Source of the DNA: Isurus oxyrinchus
Lineage: Eukaryota
DNA length: 64,000 bases
NCBI GenBank assembly: GCA_026770705.1
Contig: JANJGN010000026.1
Location: forward strand, 25,296,001 to 25,360,000
Direction of reading: 5' to 3'
The stretch's first letter is position 1; each line of letters starts with the position of its first letter. The position numbers were made by a program, and so were the translations under genes. Below the pieces are notes generated by a model that was not told the origin of the DNA, made no database searches, and worked only from the letters and a program-made list of their open reading frames with translations. This document shows positions 24,241 through 37,441 of the stretch, one piece after another.

Positions 24241-25244
24241 AAAAGCACCATGATGCACAAACCCTGGTTAGACAACACCAAGATAATATGTTCAGTTTTG
24301 TGCAATAAACCTAAGGAAGGATAGAATGGTTGTGGAGAGAGTGTAGCACAGATTTACCTGAGTGATACCTGAGCTCCAAGGGTTTAATTACAAAATCAGA
24401 TTACAGGAAAGACCCATAGAGCCATTGCAACACAGAGGAGGCCATTTGGTCCATTATGCCCATGCCAGCTCTCCAGAGCAACCCAATGAGACCTATTCCC
24501 CTGCTCCACGTCCCTGTATCCTTGCCAGTTTATTTCCCTTAAGTGGTTATTCTCCATTACATCCCCCTATATCTATTACCCAAAAACTTAAACCTGTGCC
24601 CCCTAGTCCTTGTTCAATCAACTGAAGGGAACAGATTTTCTTTGTCCATCATAATTTTGTACACTTCTACCAATCTGCCCTCACCTCTTTGCTAGAACCA
24701 TTCGGTTAAATCTCCTCTGCACCTTCTCAAGGACCTTTACATCTTTCTTGAAGTGTGGTGATCAGAACTGAACACAAATACTCGGGTTGTGGCCTAACCA
24801 GAGCCTAACAAAGATTCAGCATAACTTCCTTGCTTTTGTACTCAATAGCTCTATTTATGAAGCCCAAGATTCCAAATACCATGCTAATTGCTCTCTTAAT
24901 CTACCTTGTCACCCTCAAAAAATCTCTGCACATAAAGGGCCAGATCCCTCTAACTCTACACGATGTTTAGACCTGTGCCATGAGGCTGCTATTGTCTTTC
25001 TCTCCCTATCCCTCCTGTCAAAATCCATCACCTCGCTGTGAGGGTTGTAATCCCTGGAATTTAGAAGATTACGAGGTGATTTGATTAAAGTTTTCGGAAT
25101 ATTAATTGGAATTGACAGGGTAGATAGAGAGAAACTATATCCACTGGTTGGGGAATCTAGGACGAGTGGGTGGAGGCTAAACATAGAATCAGGTTCCAGC
25201 ACCTTTTCAGGTAGAGAGTTCCAGATCAGAACAACTCTCTGTTG

Positions 25245-26090
25245 GTGCAGAAACTGCTGAATTCGATGTTGAGCTTGATGTGGTGTCTTTGATGAACGGA
25301 CCACAGGAGACTCAGGTACAGGTTACGATCGTTTATTCGAGCAATTGCTGGGAGGGCACCATCTCAATACAGCTTGAGACAGCACTCTGCTAAGCTACAA
25401 GTGTTCACCATATTTATACATTATTGGTCACGTACTAGAACGTCCTCCAGATTCCGATCTCGTCAACAAAGAGGTTTACATTAAACAGACAGGTCTTTGG
25501 TACAAAGGTAACCTTACTTTCACCCAGGCAGAGACCTGCCTTCCTGTCTCAGCTGGGACCATCTGTCCTTGCCTATCTGTTGAAGAGCACACTTAATCTA
25601 TGTTATTGCCATCCTCTGACTCCAGTCTAACTCCCAGAACCTTGCTGGTGATTGCAAACCCTGAGGGTGTACAAAGTCCAGCATTCTCTCTGCCCCAGCC
25701 TGAACTTTAAATGTTAACTACTTAGCAATTGTGGTTTTGCATGCTGGGATATTTTAAGTCAAGTCCCTTGACCATTACTGTATTCCTTTATTTACCCCTA
25801 ACAAGCTCTAAAGGTTGTAAAGTGCAGAATCGAAAGATGAGATGCTGTTCCTCGAGCTCCCTTTGAGCTTCATTGGAACAGTTCTGGAGGCCGAGATCAG
25901 AGCGAGAGTGGAGCAGAGAATTAAAATGACAAGTGACTGGACGCTCAGGGTCAAGCTCAGAGACTGAACAGAGGTCGTTCCACAAGTGATCACCCAATCT
26001 GTTTTTCATCTTCTCAGTTTAGAGCAGGCCAGATCATAAGCAGTTAATACAGTAACTAAGCTGCAAGAAGTACAAGTAAATCACTGTTCA
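25245..26090 (-). mobile_element. Penelope-like GIY-YIG fragment, split by a solo LTR
   Basis: PVTCHFNS...NEAQRELEEQHLIFRFCTLQP. Confidence 0.8.
25276..25803 (-). mobile_element. Solo LTR (528 bp) with 4-bp TSD
   Basis: TG...CA termini; AGCT duplicated at 25272-25275 and 25804-25807; minus-strand CCAAT, TATAAATA (25411-25418) and AATAAA (25332-25337) in U3-R order. Confidence 0.85.
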
Positions 26091-26294
26091 TTTCATCCCA
26101 CAAAATCTCAAACATAACCTGATGAAATATACTTTATTTGGAGAGGAGGGGATACAAAGTAAAGCAAACAGACTGCCAAAATATTAAATTTCACCCTAGC
26201 CATAAAGATTGTTAACATCAGCAGAAATAAACCCCAATGTCAAAATCAACATGGTTCAGCCCTCGGTGTGATTACCAGCAGCAATAACAGCAGA

Positions 26295-26560
26295 ATCCAA
26301 CTCCTGCTGTCACTTGTCAACCTACTGGTCGGCCTGCAGGCTGGATGAATGAGTGAAGCCCCTCCCCAGTATGAACTCGCTGGCATTTCAGCAGATCCCT
26401 TGTGCTTTTCAAGCTCACCTTGCAGCCAGAATATTTAAACAGTTTCTCATAAGTGTGCACTCCCTGGTGTGACTGAAGGTGTGATAAAATCCTTTCCCAC
26501 ATTCCATGCAGATGAACAGCCTCTCCCCTGTGTGATTGTGGCATTGAGTTTCCAGATCCC
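26295..26560 (-). pseudogene. C2H2 ZNF pseudogene, 3' part (5' part at 30196-30310)
   Basis: [45 protein letters not shown] degenerate fingers. Confidence 0.8.
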
Positions 26561-26564
26561 AGTC

Positions 26565-27500
26565 ACAGAGGTTTACTGCATAGAAAAAGGCCCTTCAGCC
26601 CATCGAGTCTGCACCAGTCAAACAAGTTTCTAACTATTCTAATCCCATTTTCCAGCACTAGGCCCATAGCCTTCTATGCCATGGCATCGCAAGTGCACAT
26701 CCAAATACTTCCTAAATGTTATGAGGGTTTCTGCCTCTACCACCCTTTCAGGCAGTGAGTTCCAGATTCCCACCATTCTCTGGGTGAAAAAGTTTTTCCT
26801 CACATCCCCTCTAAACCTCCTGCCCCTTACCTTAAATCTATGTGCCCTGGTTATTGATCCCTCCATCAAGGGGAAAAGTTCATTTCTGTCTACCCTATCT
26901 ATGCCCTTCACAATTTTATATGCCTCAATCATGTCCCCCCCCCAAATCTCCTCTGCTCCAGGGAAAATAACCCACTCTATCCAATCTCTCTTCATAACTA
27001 AAACTCCCCAGCCCAGGCAACATCCTGGTAAATCTCCACTGCAATCACATCCTTCCTATAATCTGGATTCCAGAACTGCATGCAATACTCTAGCTGTGGC
27101 CTAACCAGCATTTTATACCGTTCCAGCATAACCTCCCTGCTCTTATATTCTATGCCTTAGCTAATAAAGTATCCCAAAAGCCTTCTTAACCACCTTACCT
27201 ACCTGTCCCGCTATCTTAAAGGACCAGTGGACATGCACACCAAGGTCCCCTGATCCTCGTCACTTCCCAGAGTCCTACTATTCATCGTGTATTCCCGTGC
27301 TTTGTTTGTCCTGCCCAAGTGCATCACCTCACACTTGTCCAGGTTAAGTTCCATTTGCCACTGATCAGCCCATCTGACCAGCCCGTCTATATCCTCCTGT
27401 AATCTCAGGCTATCCTCTTCACTATTTACCACCCCACCAATTTTCGTCTCATCCGCAACTGATCAACACTCCTACATTCAAGTCTGAATCGTTTATAAAT
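26565..27500 (-). mobile_element. CR1 LINE 3' fragment
   Basis: LQEDIDGLVRWADQWQMELNLDKCEVMHLG; KNFFTQRMVGIWNSLPERVVEA; same subfamily as 38915-40640. Confidence 0.93.
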
Positions 27501-27539
27501 ACCACATGACAGATAATTGAATTCCTTTCAAGATCCCCA

Positions 27540-30193
27540 CATTAAGGAGTCAGTTACTGCGGTAAAGAGAGATGATATCTTCGAGGAGGCATCAAATGAA
27601 GCTTTGTGGGTAGAGCTTAGGAATAAAAAAGGGGCAGCCACATTGTTAGGTGTTTATTATAGACCCCCAGATAGTCAGCTGGAAATTGAGGAGCAAATAT
27701 GTGCACAATTTGTGGAGGTGTGTAAAAGCAATAACAATAAGGTAATTATGTTAGGTGATTTTAACATTCCCAACATTAATTGGGATAGGCATAGTGTTAA
27801 GGGCTTGGATGGAGTGGATTTCTTGAAATATGTGCAGGAGAACTTTTTTGGTCAATATGTAGAGGGTCTAACAAGGGACAGCGCAGAGCTGGACCTAATT
27901 CTGGGGAATGAAGCTGGACAGGTGACTGAGGTGGTGGTGGGCGAGCATTTTAGTGATAACGACCACAACATGGTACAGTTTAATTTTGTTATGGACAAAG
28001 AAATCGATAAGTTGCAAAAAAAATGCTTTGGATTGGGGAAGAGTGGATTTTAGTAAAATAAGGCAGGATCTGGCCAAGGTAGACTGGGAACAGTTACTTG
28101 TAGGAAAATTTACAGAGGAGCAGTCTGGGGGGCATTCAAAAAGGAAATGGGGAGGATACAGGCTAAACCTGTTCCATCTAGGGTGATAGGAAGGAGTAAC
28201 AAGCCCAGAGAGCCATGGATGACGAGAGATATTCAGGTTACGATGAGAAGGAAAAGTGAGGCTTTTAACAGGTACAAGGGAAGCAAATCAGTGGAGCCAT
28301 TAATGGAGTACAGAAAGTGTAGGGTGGAGCTTAAGAAAGCAATTAGGAGAGTAAAGTGGGGATATGAGAAAGCTCTGGTTGGTAAAAGTAGGGGAAATCC
28401 CAAGATATTCTATAAGTATATCAATGGGAAGAGGATAATCAGGCCCCATAAGGGACCAAGGAGGAAATCTATGGGTGGAGCCAGATGACATCACTATAGT
28501 GTTGAATGAATATTTCACATCCATCTTCACCCAAGAGAATGAATATGAAGGTATCGAACTAGGGGAGAGAGACTGCGAGGTTCTTAAGTAAATTGATCTA
28601 GGGAGTGACAAGGTATTGGAGGTGTTGGCAGGCATAAAAGTGGACAAATCTCCCAGTCCGAATGATTTGTGTGCCAGACTGCTGATGAAGGCAAGGGAGG
28701 AGATCGCAGGGGCTGTGACCCAATTTTTAATTCCTCTCTGGCCACGGGGGAGGTGCCAGAGGACTGGAGAACAGCTAATGTGGATCCTCTATTTAAGAAG
28801 GGTGTAGAGATAAGCCAGTGACTTTCACATCAGTGGTAGGGAAACTATTGGAGAAAATTCTGAAGGAGAGAATCTATCTCCACTTGGAGAGGCAAGGTTT
28901 GATCAGCGATAGTCAGCATGGCTTTGTCATAGGGAGGTCATGCCTAACAAATTTGATTGAATTTTTTGAGGAGGTGACCAGGTATGTAGATGAGAGTAGT
29001 GCAGTTGATGTAGTTTATATGGATTTCAGCAAAGCCTTTGACAAGGTCCCACATGGGAAACTTATAAAGAAGGCAAATGCACATGGGATACAGGGCAATT
29101 TGATAAGATGGATTCAAAATTGGCTTAGTTGTAGGAGACAGAGGGTGATGACATAAGGATGCTTTAGTGACTATAAGCCGGTGTCCAGTGGAGTACCACA
29201 TGAATCTGTGCTGGGTCCCCTATTATTCGTCATTTATGCAAACAACATAGATGACTATGTGGGGGTTAGGATTAGTAAATTAGCGGATGACACAAAGATT
29301 GGCCGGGTGGTTAACAGTGAGGTTGAGTGTCTTGGGCTACAGGAAGATATAGACGGGTTGGTCAAATGGGCAGATAAGTGGCAGATGGAATTTAACCCTG
29401 AAAAGTGTGAGGTGATACGCTTTGGAAGGAGTAATTTGACAAGGAAGTATTCAATGAAAGGCATGACACTAGGAAGTTCTGAGGAACAAAGGGACCTTGG
29501 CTTGTGTGTCCATAGATCTCTGAAGGTGAAGGGGCATGTTAGTGGGGTGGTGAAAAAGGTATATGGGACACTTGCCTTTATCAATCGAGGCACAGATTAC
29601 AGAAGTAGGGAGGTCATGTTGGAGTTGTATAGAACCTTGGTGAGGCCACATCTGGAGTATTGTGTGCAGCTCTGGTCGCCACATTATAGGAAGAATGTGA
29701 TTGCACTGGAGGGGGTGCAGAAGAGATTCACCAGGATGTTGCCTGGGATGAAGCATTTAAGTTATGAAGAGGGGTTGGATAGACTTGGGTTGTTTTCGTT
29801 GGAGCAGAGAAGACTGAGGAGCGACCTGATCGAGGTGTACAAGATTATGAGGGGCATGGACAGGGTGGATAGGGAGCAGCTGTTCCACTTAGTTGAAAGG
29901 TCAGTCACAAGGGGGCATAAGTCAAGGTGGGGGGCAGGAGGTTTAGGGGAATGTGAGGAAAAACTTTTTTACCCAGAGGGTGGTGACGTTCTGGAATGCA
30001 CTGTCTGGGAGGGTGGTGGAGGTGGGTTGCTTCACATCCTTTAAAAAGTACCTGGGTGAGCACTTGGCACGTCATTCAAGGCTATGGGCCACGTGCTGGT
30101 AAATGGGATTAGGTATGTAGCTCAGGCGTTTCTCACGTGTTGGTGCAGACTTGATGGGCCGAAGGGCCTCCTCTGCACTGAGATTCTGTGATT
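27540..30193 (+). mobile_element. CR1 LINE ORF2, near complete but frameshifted (APE endonuclease + RT + tail)
   Basis: GVYYRPP, MLGDFN, LDLIL, DNDH endonuclease motifs; YMDFSKAFDKVPH, LADDTK RT motifs. Confidence 0.96.
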
Positions 30194-30195
30194 GA

Positions 30196-30310
30196 CACAG
30201 TTTCTCCCCAGTTTGATTGCACTTGTTGTTTAACAAGAGAGATGATCAGTTGAAACCTTGACTACATGCAGAACGCGTGTATGGTCTCTCCCTGCTGTAA
30301 ATGGTGCTCT
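30196..30310 (-). pseudogene. C2H2 ZNF pseudogene, 5' fragment separated from 26295-26560 by CR1 insertions
   Basis: Minus strand GGGAGAGACCATACACGCGTTCTGCATGTAGTCAAGGTTTCAACTGATCATC...ACTGGGGAGAAAC. Confidence 0.7.
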
Positions 30311-31021
30311 TTGTGGTGCTGAAGCGAGTCACAGTCCCAGTGACCAGGAGAGTAAATGATTGACTCATTAATTTTCTTCCCACTCTGCAGACAGGAGCTG
30401 GAGAACGGAACCCAGGCAGAGGAGAGGGAGGGAGAAAACTGGGAGTGGAGGAAAGGAATGCTGGAGATGTTGAGATGGGTTTGGATTTCAGCCCAGGGAG
30501 GAGGGAGAGTGTGTGGGACAGGGACTTACAACTTTGGGGGAACTAGAGAGGAAAAAATATCCCATAGAAACGAGAATTGTCTGCTCTGAATTTCTATCAT
30601 GGACTGACAGGAATGACTTTGTAAACTCTTTTTCCAGGGCATAAGGCGGAGAAAATTTATAGACATGAAACTCAAATCAGACATCACATCAAGATCTGAC
30701 GGTAACTCGATTCATCAGAACCTGAATATCATCGGCCTTTGAATGTAGAACGAGAAATTTTTGTCTGTAGGGAAAGATTTCAAACATCAGTGTGACTGGA
30801 AAAGCAGCGAGACACACACAACTGAGTGAGTGTTCCAGTGAGCTAACTATGGAAAGAGCTTTAACCAGTTACACAGCCTGAAAAAACAGCACATCGTTCA
30901 CAGCGGAGAGAAAGTGTACTCCTTTTTCTGTGTGTGGACGAGGCTTCAACTGATCATTGATTTCTCTAACAGTGACCATAGTCCCACAGCATCTCTGTAG
31001 AAGCACAAGGACACCCACACC

Positions 31022-31756
31022 ATGGAGAAACCATGGAAATGTGGGGACTGTGGGAAGGGATTCAATTATCCATCCAAACTGGAAACTCATCGACGCAGTC
31101 ACACTGGGGAGAGACCGTTCATCTGTTCTGATTGCGGGAAGGGATTCACTCAGTTATCTACCTTGTTAACACACCAGCGAGTTCACACTGGGGAGAGACC
31201 ATTCACCTGCTCCGTGTGTGGGAAGGACTTTACTAAATCATCTACCCTGACTGAACACAAGCGAGTTCACACCGGGGAGAGGCCATTCAGTTGCTCTCAC
31301 TGCGGGAAGAGGTTTGGGCGGTCATCCAATCTCACTGAACATCTCCGTGTCCACACTGGGGAGAGACCGTTCACCTGCCCCGTGTGTGGGAAGGGATTCA
31401 CTTGTTTAACCAACCTCACATCACACCAACTTGTTCACACTGATCAGAGACCTTTTCAATGTTCTGACTGTGATTCTGGCTTTAAAAGCACAAGGGATCT
31501 GCTGATACACCAACGCAGCCACACCGGGGAGAGGCCATTCATCTGCTCCGAGTGTGGTAAGGGATTCACTCACGCTTCCAACCTGCTGGCACACCAGCGA
31601 GGCCACACCGGGGAGAGGCCATTCACCTGCTCCAAGTGTGGGAAGAGATTTCGTCGCTCATCCGATGTTCAGAGTCACCAGCGAGTTCACATGGGGAGGA
31701 TCCGTTCAGCTGCTCTGTTTGTGGGAAGGGATTCACTCACTCATCCACCCAGCTGA
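31022..31756 (+). CDS. Tandem C2H2 zinc-finger protein, 8 intact fingers (9th frameshifted)
   Basis: CxxC-x12-HxxxH repeats with TGERPF linkers; ATG in ACCATGG context; shared acceptor at 30637. Confidence 0.85.
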   Translation: MEKPWKCGDCGKGFNYPSKLETHRRSHTGERPFICSDCGKGFTQLSTLLTHQRVHTGERPFTCSVCGKDFTKSSTLTEHKRVHTGERPFSCSHCGKRFGRSSNLTEHLRVHTGERPFTCPVCGKGFTCLTNLTSHQLVHTDQRPFQCSDCDSGFKSTRDLLIHQRSHTGERPFICSECGKGFTHASNLLAHQRGHTGERPFTCSKCGKRFRRSSDVQSHQRVHMGRIRSAALFVGRDSLTHPPS

Positions 31757-32794
31757 GACACCAGCGAGTTCACAAGTGACTCCAGGGGTTGGATTCCACA
31801 GTTAATGACATCCAGAAATGAACCATGTTCATTCTGATAGTTGGGCTTTGTTTCTGCTGATGTTAATAACCCCATATAATGGTGTGAATTTAATGTTGTG
31901 ACAAGTGTCAATAAATCAGCATTATTTCAAACACATAGCGTGTTGTGCCCTTGATTTCTCTAACAGTGACCATAGTCCCACAGCATCTCTCCCACCTTCG
32001 ATGGTGAAGAGACCATCACTCCTACAAACCTGGTTTAAATTTAAATCTGAATCCACTCGGCAAATTGATTTAACAAAAAGTGAAGAGTAAACTGATCACA
32101 TCAAATAATTGGCAAAAATCAGAGGGGAGATGAGAAAAGATGTTTTACTGAGCGTGTTGTGATCTGGAACACACTGCCTGAAAGGTGGACGCAGATTCTA
32201 TAGGAGCTTTCAAAAGAGCATTGGATCTCTAGCTACAGAGCTCTGGGGAAAGGGCAGGGGAGTGGGACTAATAAACATTGGCAGCTCTTTCAAATGATAC
32301 CGGCTCTTTATGCAGTTCTATATTGACAAGAGACTGTCTGATGTCCAACTCCCCAAGAATAAGGAGCGATCTTGGCTCTCTGAAAACCCCTTCAGCTCTT
32401 TGTAAGTGTCTTTCAAATGCTGACATATTCCTTCCTTTTGAAATTCCATTTCCATGTACAGGGGATGCAGACAGTGCTGGACACAGAGGAAGCAGCAAAT
32501 CTGGTTCAGAATGGACACGGTGGGTTCGTGCTTGGTCTGGCTTTCTGCTGAGCATGTGCTGGGGCCCCGTGGGCCTTCACTGCTCAGGGACATTTCTGAG
32601 TGTGTCATAGCACTATTAGATACAGGAGGAGGCCATTCAGCCCCTCAAACCTGCTCCACCTTTCAGTTAGGTCAGGGCTGATTTGTAGCTGAACTCCATT
32701 GACCTGCCTTTTAAGATGATGTCCCCTTGTTCTTGATTCCCTCACCAGAAGAAATAGCTTCTCTATTTCAACCCGATTGGCTCTTCAAGCAGAT

Positions 32795-33380
32795 TTTGGT
32801 CATTTCCCCTTCATCCAGAACAACTGTATAAATTTATCTTTACATTCCAGGAGCAGCAGTACTCCTGGAATTGCTTATCACAAGGAGTTCACAATTCACC
32901 CTCTATTCTCCATGAGCAAATGGTTACAGCTATAATTCAGTTTAATCGGTCTGAATGTTTAATACAGGAGCTGGATGATTTACTGTTGCTGTATCTGGAC
33001 ATTGAGAGTCATGTGAGATTACTGAGAGAATGGTTACAAGGATTAACCGGGGAAAGTTCAAGATTCATCTCAAGAAGACAGTCCAGGAGAAGGTAAATGT
33101 TACAGGAGTGAACATGAACAATGTGGAGTTGGGGGGCTGGGGTGGTTACAATGACAAGTTACCAAAAATTGTGGACAGGAGTTGCCCCCACCAACATCTA
33201 TGAAGGTGGTCCGATCATTTTTGTGAATGATGGTGTTTTTATCGAGGGTTTTGCCCCATTAAGAGTTCCCCTCTTTGCTTTGTTGAGAAGGATTGCTGAG
33301 TGGGAATGGACACCAACCTGGACAGAGGTGGTCAAACTGTTGAAGGGAACTTCACAGAAAGCACCTGTCCCGCTCCCAGT
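32795..33380 (+). mobile_element. Retroviral/Gypsy-type reverse transcriptase relic
   Basis: FWSFPLHPEQLYKFIFTFQEQQYSWNCLSQGVHNSPSILH...LIQELDDLLL; FIEGFAPLRVPLFALLRR..WEWT...LKG..QKAPV. Confidence 0.85.
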
Positions 33381-33759
33381 TCAGACACAAGATGCTGATG
33401 GGATTACTGAAATGACCTGGCCCGTTATTGGCCTGATTGGGTTTATAAAACCAGGACATATCAACTTATAAATGCACAATAAGCAGAAAACAGGACTCAA
33501 GGAGTCACCGAGTGATTCAGGGACAGGATTCTACACCAGCTCCCTGTAGAAGAATCCAGATGGTCCCATTCCCCCACTCTAACCCTGTCAATCTGCAAGT
33601 TCATTTCCTTCGAGTGTCCATCCAGTTTCTGTTTGAAATATTTCATCTCCACTTCAAGCCCTCTCATATGCAGCAAGTTCCAGGACATTGCCACTCACTG
33701 TGTAAAGATGTTCACCCTCACATTCCCCATTCAGGTTGCCCAAGACACAGATAATAAGA

Positions 33760-34226
33760 GTAAGCCTGCTCCACCATTCAATAAGATCATGGCTGATCTG
33801 ATTGTGGCCTTAACTCCACTTTCCTGTCTGTCCCCCATAAGCCTTGACTCCCTAGTAGATCAAAAATCTGTCTAACTCAGTCTTGAATATATTCAATGAC
33901 CCAGCTTGCACTGCTCTCTGTGGAAAGGAATTCCAAAGACTGATGAACACTATGAGAGAAGAAAATCCTCTCATCTCAATCTTAAATGGGAGACCTCTTA
34001 TGTGTTAAACAAACCCTAGTTCCAGGGGAAACATCCTCTCACAATCTACCCTGCCAAGCTGCTTCAAAATCTTACATGTTTCAATAAGACCACCTCTCGT
34101 TCTCAAACCTCAATGAGTATAGACCCATCCTGCTCAACCTTTCCTCAATATAAACCTCTTCATACCAGGAATCAGCCTAGTGAACCTTCTCTGAATTGCC
34201 TCCAATGCAAATACGTCCCTCCTTAA
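33760..34226 (-). mobile_element. CR1 LINE 3' fragment
   Basis: Homologous to 11390-11995. Confidence 0.85.
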
Positions 34227-34994
34227 CCTGAATCAGTAATCAACTGACAATTAATTTTAGGATTCTGGACAAAGACAGGAATGGTTCGATTCTGAGAGGA
34301 TAGGGAGAGGTTTGGTAGAGGATAGATAAGGATTAGGTTTCTGCAGCTACTGTAGTTCTGCAGTCTCACAAGGTAGGAGGTGGTTAGATGGTGTAACTGC
34401 CACCATTAAGCTGCAAAAGTAAAATCAAGACTTTATTTGAGCAATGATGAGGGTAAAAAGGAGTAGATTCAGTTTGGTGACACTTGTAGTTTTTAGGGTT
34501 ATTAATAAGAAATAACTGTTAACATTCCCACCTCTGAGTCAGAAGCCCCACTGCAAACTGCCCTGGTGAGTGGAGACGGCTCTCCAGCTCATTCTGGGTT
34601 GATATCAGGCAGGATCAGTGTGTCCGGCGGTTCTGGCTGTCCACTCCCATTGAGTGAGTTGTGGGAGCTCCTCAAACTCTCCCAGTTGAAGCTGGACCAA
34701 CAGATCGGCTGAAATTAAATGGTTCCAGTCATGGAAGGAGCGTTAAACAGCCTGTGAATTCATCCACGAATTCACACTGTTCTCCAAGGGATAATTTCAA
34801 AGAGAAACAATCACTACACTGTGTAATTTCCTGAAATAATCCCTGCTGTCTGTCCTGAATGAATCCATTTCAGTAACAAATGTTGAAATGTTTGCTCCTC
34901 ACCCACAGGGTTTCATCTGTTTAAAGCCACAAACAGAAAGGTCCAGTTTTCTACTGGAGTTGGAGACAAATCAGCTTTCAAAATGATGCAGAGT

Positions 34995-35345
34995 TTCAGC
35001 CAATGAGGAAGATCTGGGCTCAGCACCGCCCCTCATTCACTCCGATTGGTTGGAGGACCAGCCAAGCCCAATCGGTCCTCCAGCTCTTCCCCTTCTTCCT
35101 ATCGGCTCGAAGCTGCCGTCAATCACTCCGGGCATTCTGATCTGGAGCATGCGCAGTGCTGGTGATGTCTTTGGATAGACGCTTGTTTGTCTCATCTTCA
35201 GGCGGGAAGGAGGCGGATAAGCGGAGGCAGCGTTAGGGGCAGTGGGTGGGAGGGGAGGCTTCACACCCCCAGTAAGAAAATGCCGGGCCCGCCTTTGCAC
35301 CGAACGGAACGGCAGCTGCAGGCTTTCTCCCAGTGCCAGGCCCAA
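34995..35345. promoter_or_regulatory. CpG promoter-like island (P2) upstream of ZNF 36683
   Basis: CCAAT/ATTGG boxes, GCATGCGCA, GGCGGGAAG, and the GGAGGACC..GGTCCTCC module shared with P3/P4. Confidence 0.7.
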
Positions 35346-35664
35346 ATGTGGGTTAATGAAGAAAATGCAGCAATGGGTTTGTTAATGAGAAATTATCTTT
35401 AACTCACTTTACTGATCCTGGAGCAGGAGGAGAGAATGGGGTGAATTTCTATCCTGGACTGACACTGATGGATTTGTTAATGAAAAATCATATTTCACTA
35501 ACTTGCTGCTGTTTTTTGATGGTGTAACAAAGAGGGTTGATGAGGGCAATGCTGTTGATGTGATGTACAGGCATTTCCAAAAGACACTTGATATAGTGCT
35601 GCATAACAGACTTGTGAGTAAAACTTTAGCTCATGGAATAAAAGGGCAGGAACAACATGGATAC

Positions 35665-35930
35665 GGAACAAAAATAGAAAATGCTGGAAAAACTCAGCAG
35701 GTCTAGCAGCATTTGTGGAGAGAGAAACAGACGTTTCGAGTCTGTATGATCCTTCTTCAGAGCTGAAGAGAAGTGAAAATGTGATGAAATTTATACTATT
35801 TAAGGGGAGTGGGGCAGGTAGAGCTGGATAGAAGGCCAGCGATAGGTGGGGACTAAGGAGGGGTTGACAATGATGTCATGAACTGAAGGACAAAGGGAGT
35901 GTTGGTGGTCGTGGTTAGTGCTAAAAAGAT
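35665..35930 (-). mobile_element. Penelope-like tail with hammerhead motif (CUGAAGA core)
   Basis: Minus strand GCTCTGAAGAAGGATCATACAGACTCGAAACGTC; interrupts a CR1 remnant. Confidence 0.7.
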
Positions 35931-36682
35931 TACAGGATTGGCTGAATGACAGGAAACAGAGTGATGGTTAATAAATGCTTTTCAGGCTGGAGTTCCCAGG
36001 CATTTCCTCAACTATCTAATATCAGATATCTCATAATCCAAAAACTTTTCTGCTACTCTGTACTGTCAGGATGTTTCAGATGAATGTTTTGTCACGAGTC
36101 ATGAATGAAGTGAATTGTCAAACATTTGTTATCTTCAGTTGTACGAATTTGTTAAAATGATACAGAAAAATCATCAAACACTTGGATTTCATCCCAGGGA
36201 GGAGGGAGAGTATGTGGGATGGGGATCTGCAGTTTTGAGGAACAAGAGAGGGAAAAAATGTTCCACTAAAACTAGAATTGTCTGTTCTGAATTTCTACCC
36301 TGCACTGACATGATGACTTTTGTAATCTCTTTTTACAGGGCATTAGAAGGAGAATTTACAGACAGGAAACCAAGCATCACGTCAACATCTGACAGAGTCA
36401 CTTGATTTAGCAGGACATGAATATCATTGACCTTTGAATGTGGAAGGAGAAATGTTTGTCTGTTCTGTCTGTAGGGAAAGATTTCAAATATCAGTGTGAC
36501 TGGAAAAGCACCGAGACACACACACACTTGAGTGAGTATTCCAGTGAACTGAGCTTTAACCAGTTACACAGCCTGAAAAAAAAATCACACCATTCACAAT
36601 GGGGAGAGACCGTACACGTTTTCTGTGAGGACAAGGATTCAACTGATCATCCAACTCGGAGAAATACAAGGACGCTGGCACC

Positions 36683-37441
36683 ATGGAGAAACCATGGAAA
36701 TGTGAGGATTGTGGTAAAAGATTCAATTATCCATCCCTGTTGGAAAACCATCGACGCAGTCATACTGGGGAGAAGCCATTCATCTGTTCCGTGTGTGGGA
36801 AGGGATTTACTCAGTCAGCCTGTCTCATGTCACACCAGCAAATTCACACCGAGGAGAGGCCATTCTGCTGCTCTTCCTGTGGAAGGAGGTTCAGGTGTTC
36901 ATCCAACCTCATTGCACACCAGCGAGTTCACACTGGGGAGAGGCCATTCATCTGCTCCGTGTGTGGAAAGGGATTCACAAAGTCATCCTGCCTCATGTCA
37001 CACCAGGCAATTCACTCTGAGGAGAGGCCGTTCAGCTGCACTTCCTGTGGAAAGAATTTCAAGTGTTTACCTAACCTCATTGCACATCAACGAGTCCACA
37101 CGGGGAAGAGGCCGTTCATCTGCTCCGTGTGTGGGAAGGAATTTGCACGGTTATTTAGCCTTGTATCACATCAGCGAATTCACACTGAGGAGAGGCCGTT
37201 CAACTGTACTTCCTGTGGAAAGAGATTTAGCTGTTCATCCAACCTCATTGTACACCAGCGAATTCACACTGGGGAGAGGCCATTCACCTGCTCTGTGTGT
37301 GGGAAAGGATTCACTGGGTCCTCCAACCTGCTGATACACCAACGCACTCACACTGGGGAAAGACCATTCAGTTGCTCAGTGTGTGGGAAGGGATTCACTC
37401 AGTCACGGTATCTGCTGACACATCAGCGAGTTCATAAGTGA
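36683..37441 (+). CDS. Tandem C2H2 zinc-finger protein, 9 intact fingers
   Basis: Clean ORF MEKPWKC...HQRVHK*; acceptor TTTTACAG ends at 36338. Confidence 0.9.
   Translation: MEKPWKCEDCGKRFNYPSLLENHRRSHTGEKPFICSVCGKGFTQSACLMSHQQIHTEERPFCCSSCGRRFRCSSNLIAHQRVHTGERPFICSVCGKGFTKSSCLMSHQAIHSEERPFSCTSCGKNFKCLPNLIAHQRVHTGKRPFICSVCGKEFARLFSLVSHQRIHTEERPFNCTSCGKRFSCSSNLIVHQRIHTGERPFTCSVCGKGFTGSSNLLIHQRTHTGERPFSCSVCGKGFTQSRYLLTHQRVHK

Noticed and set aside
32268-32610. Possible gene fragment (GPCR C-terminus-like CLHPLY)
   Set aside because: Resemblance too weak to support without a search
36438-37334. 298-aa overlapping ORF (and similar ones at 63136-63957 and 47501-47701)
   Set aside because: The usual stop-poor alternative frame of C2H2 arrays ([12 protein letters not shown] repeats); no independent evidence of coding
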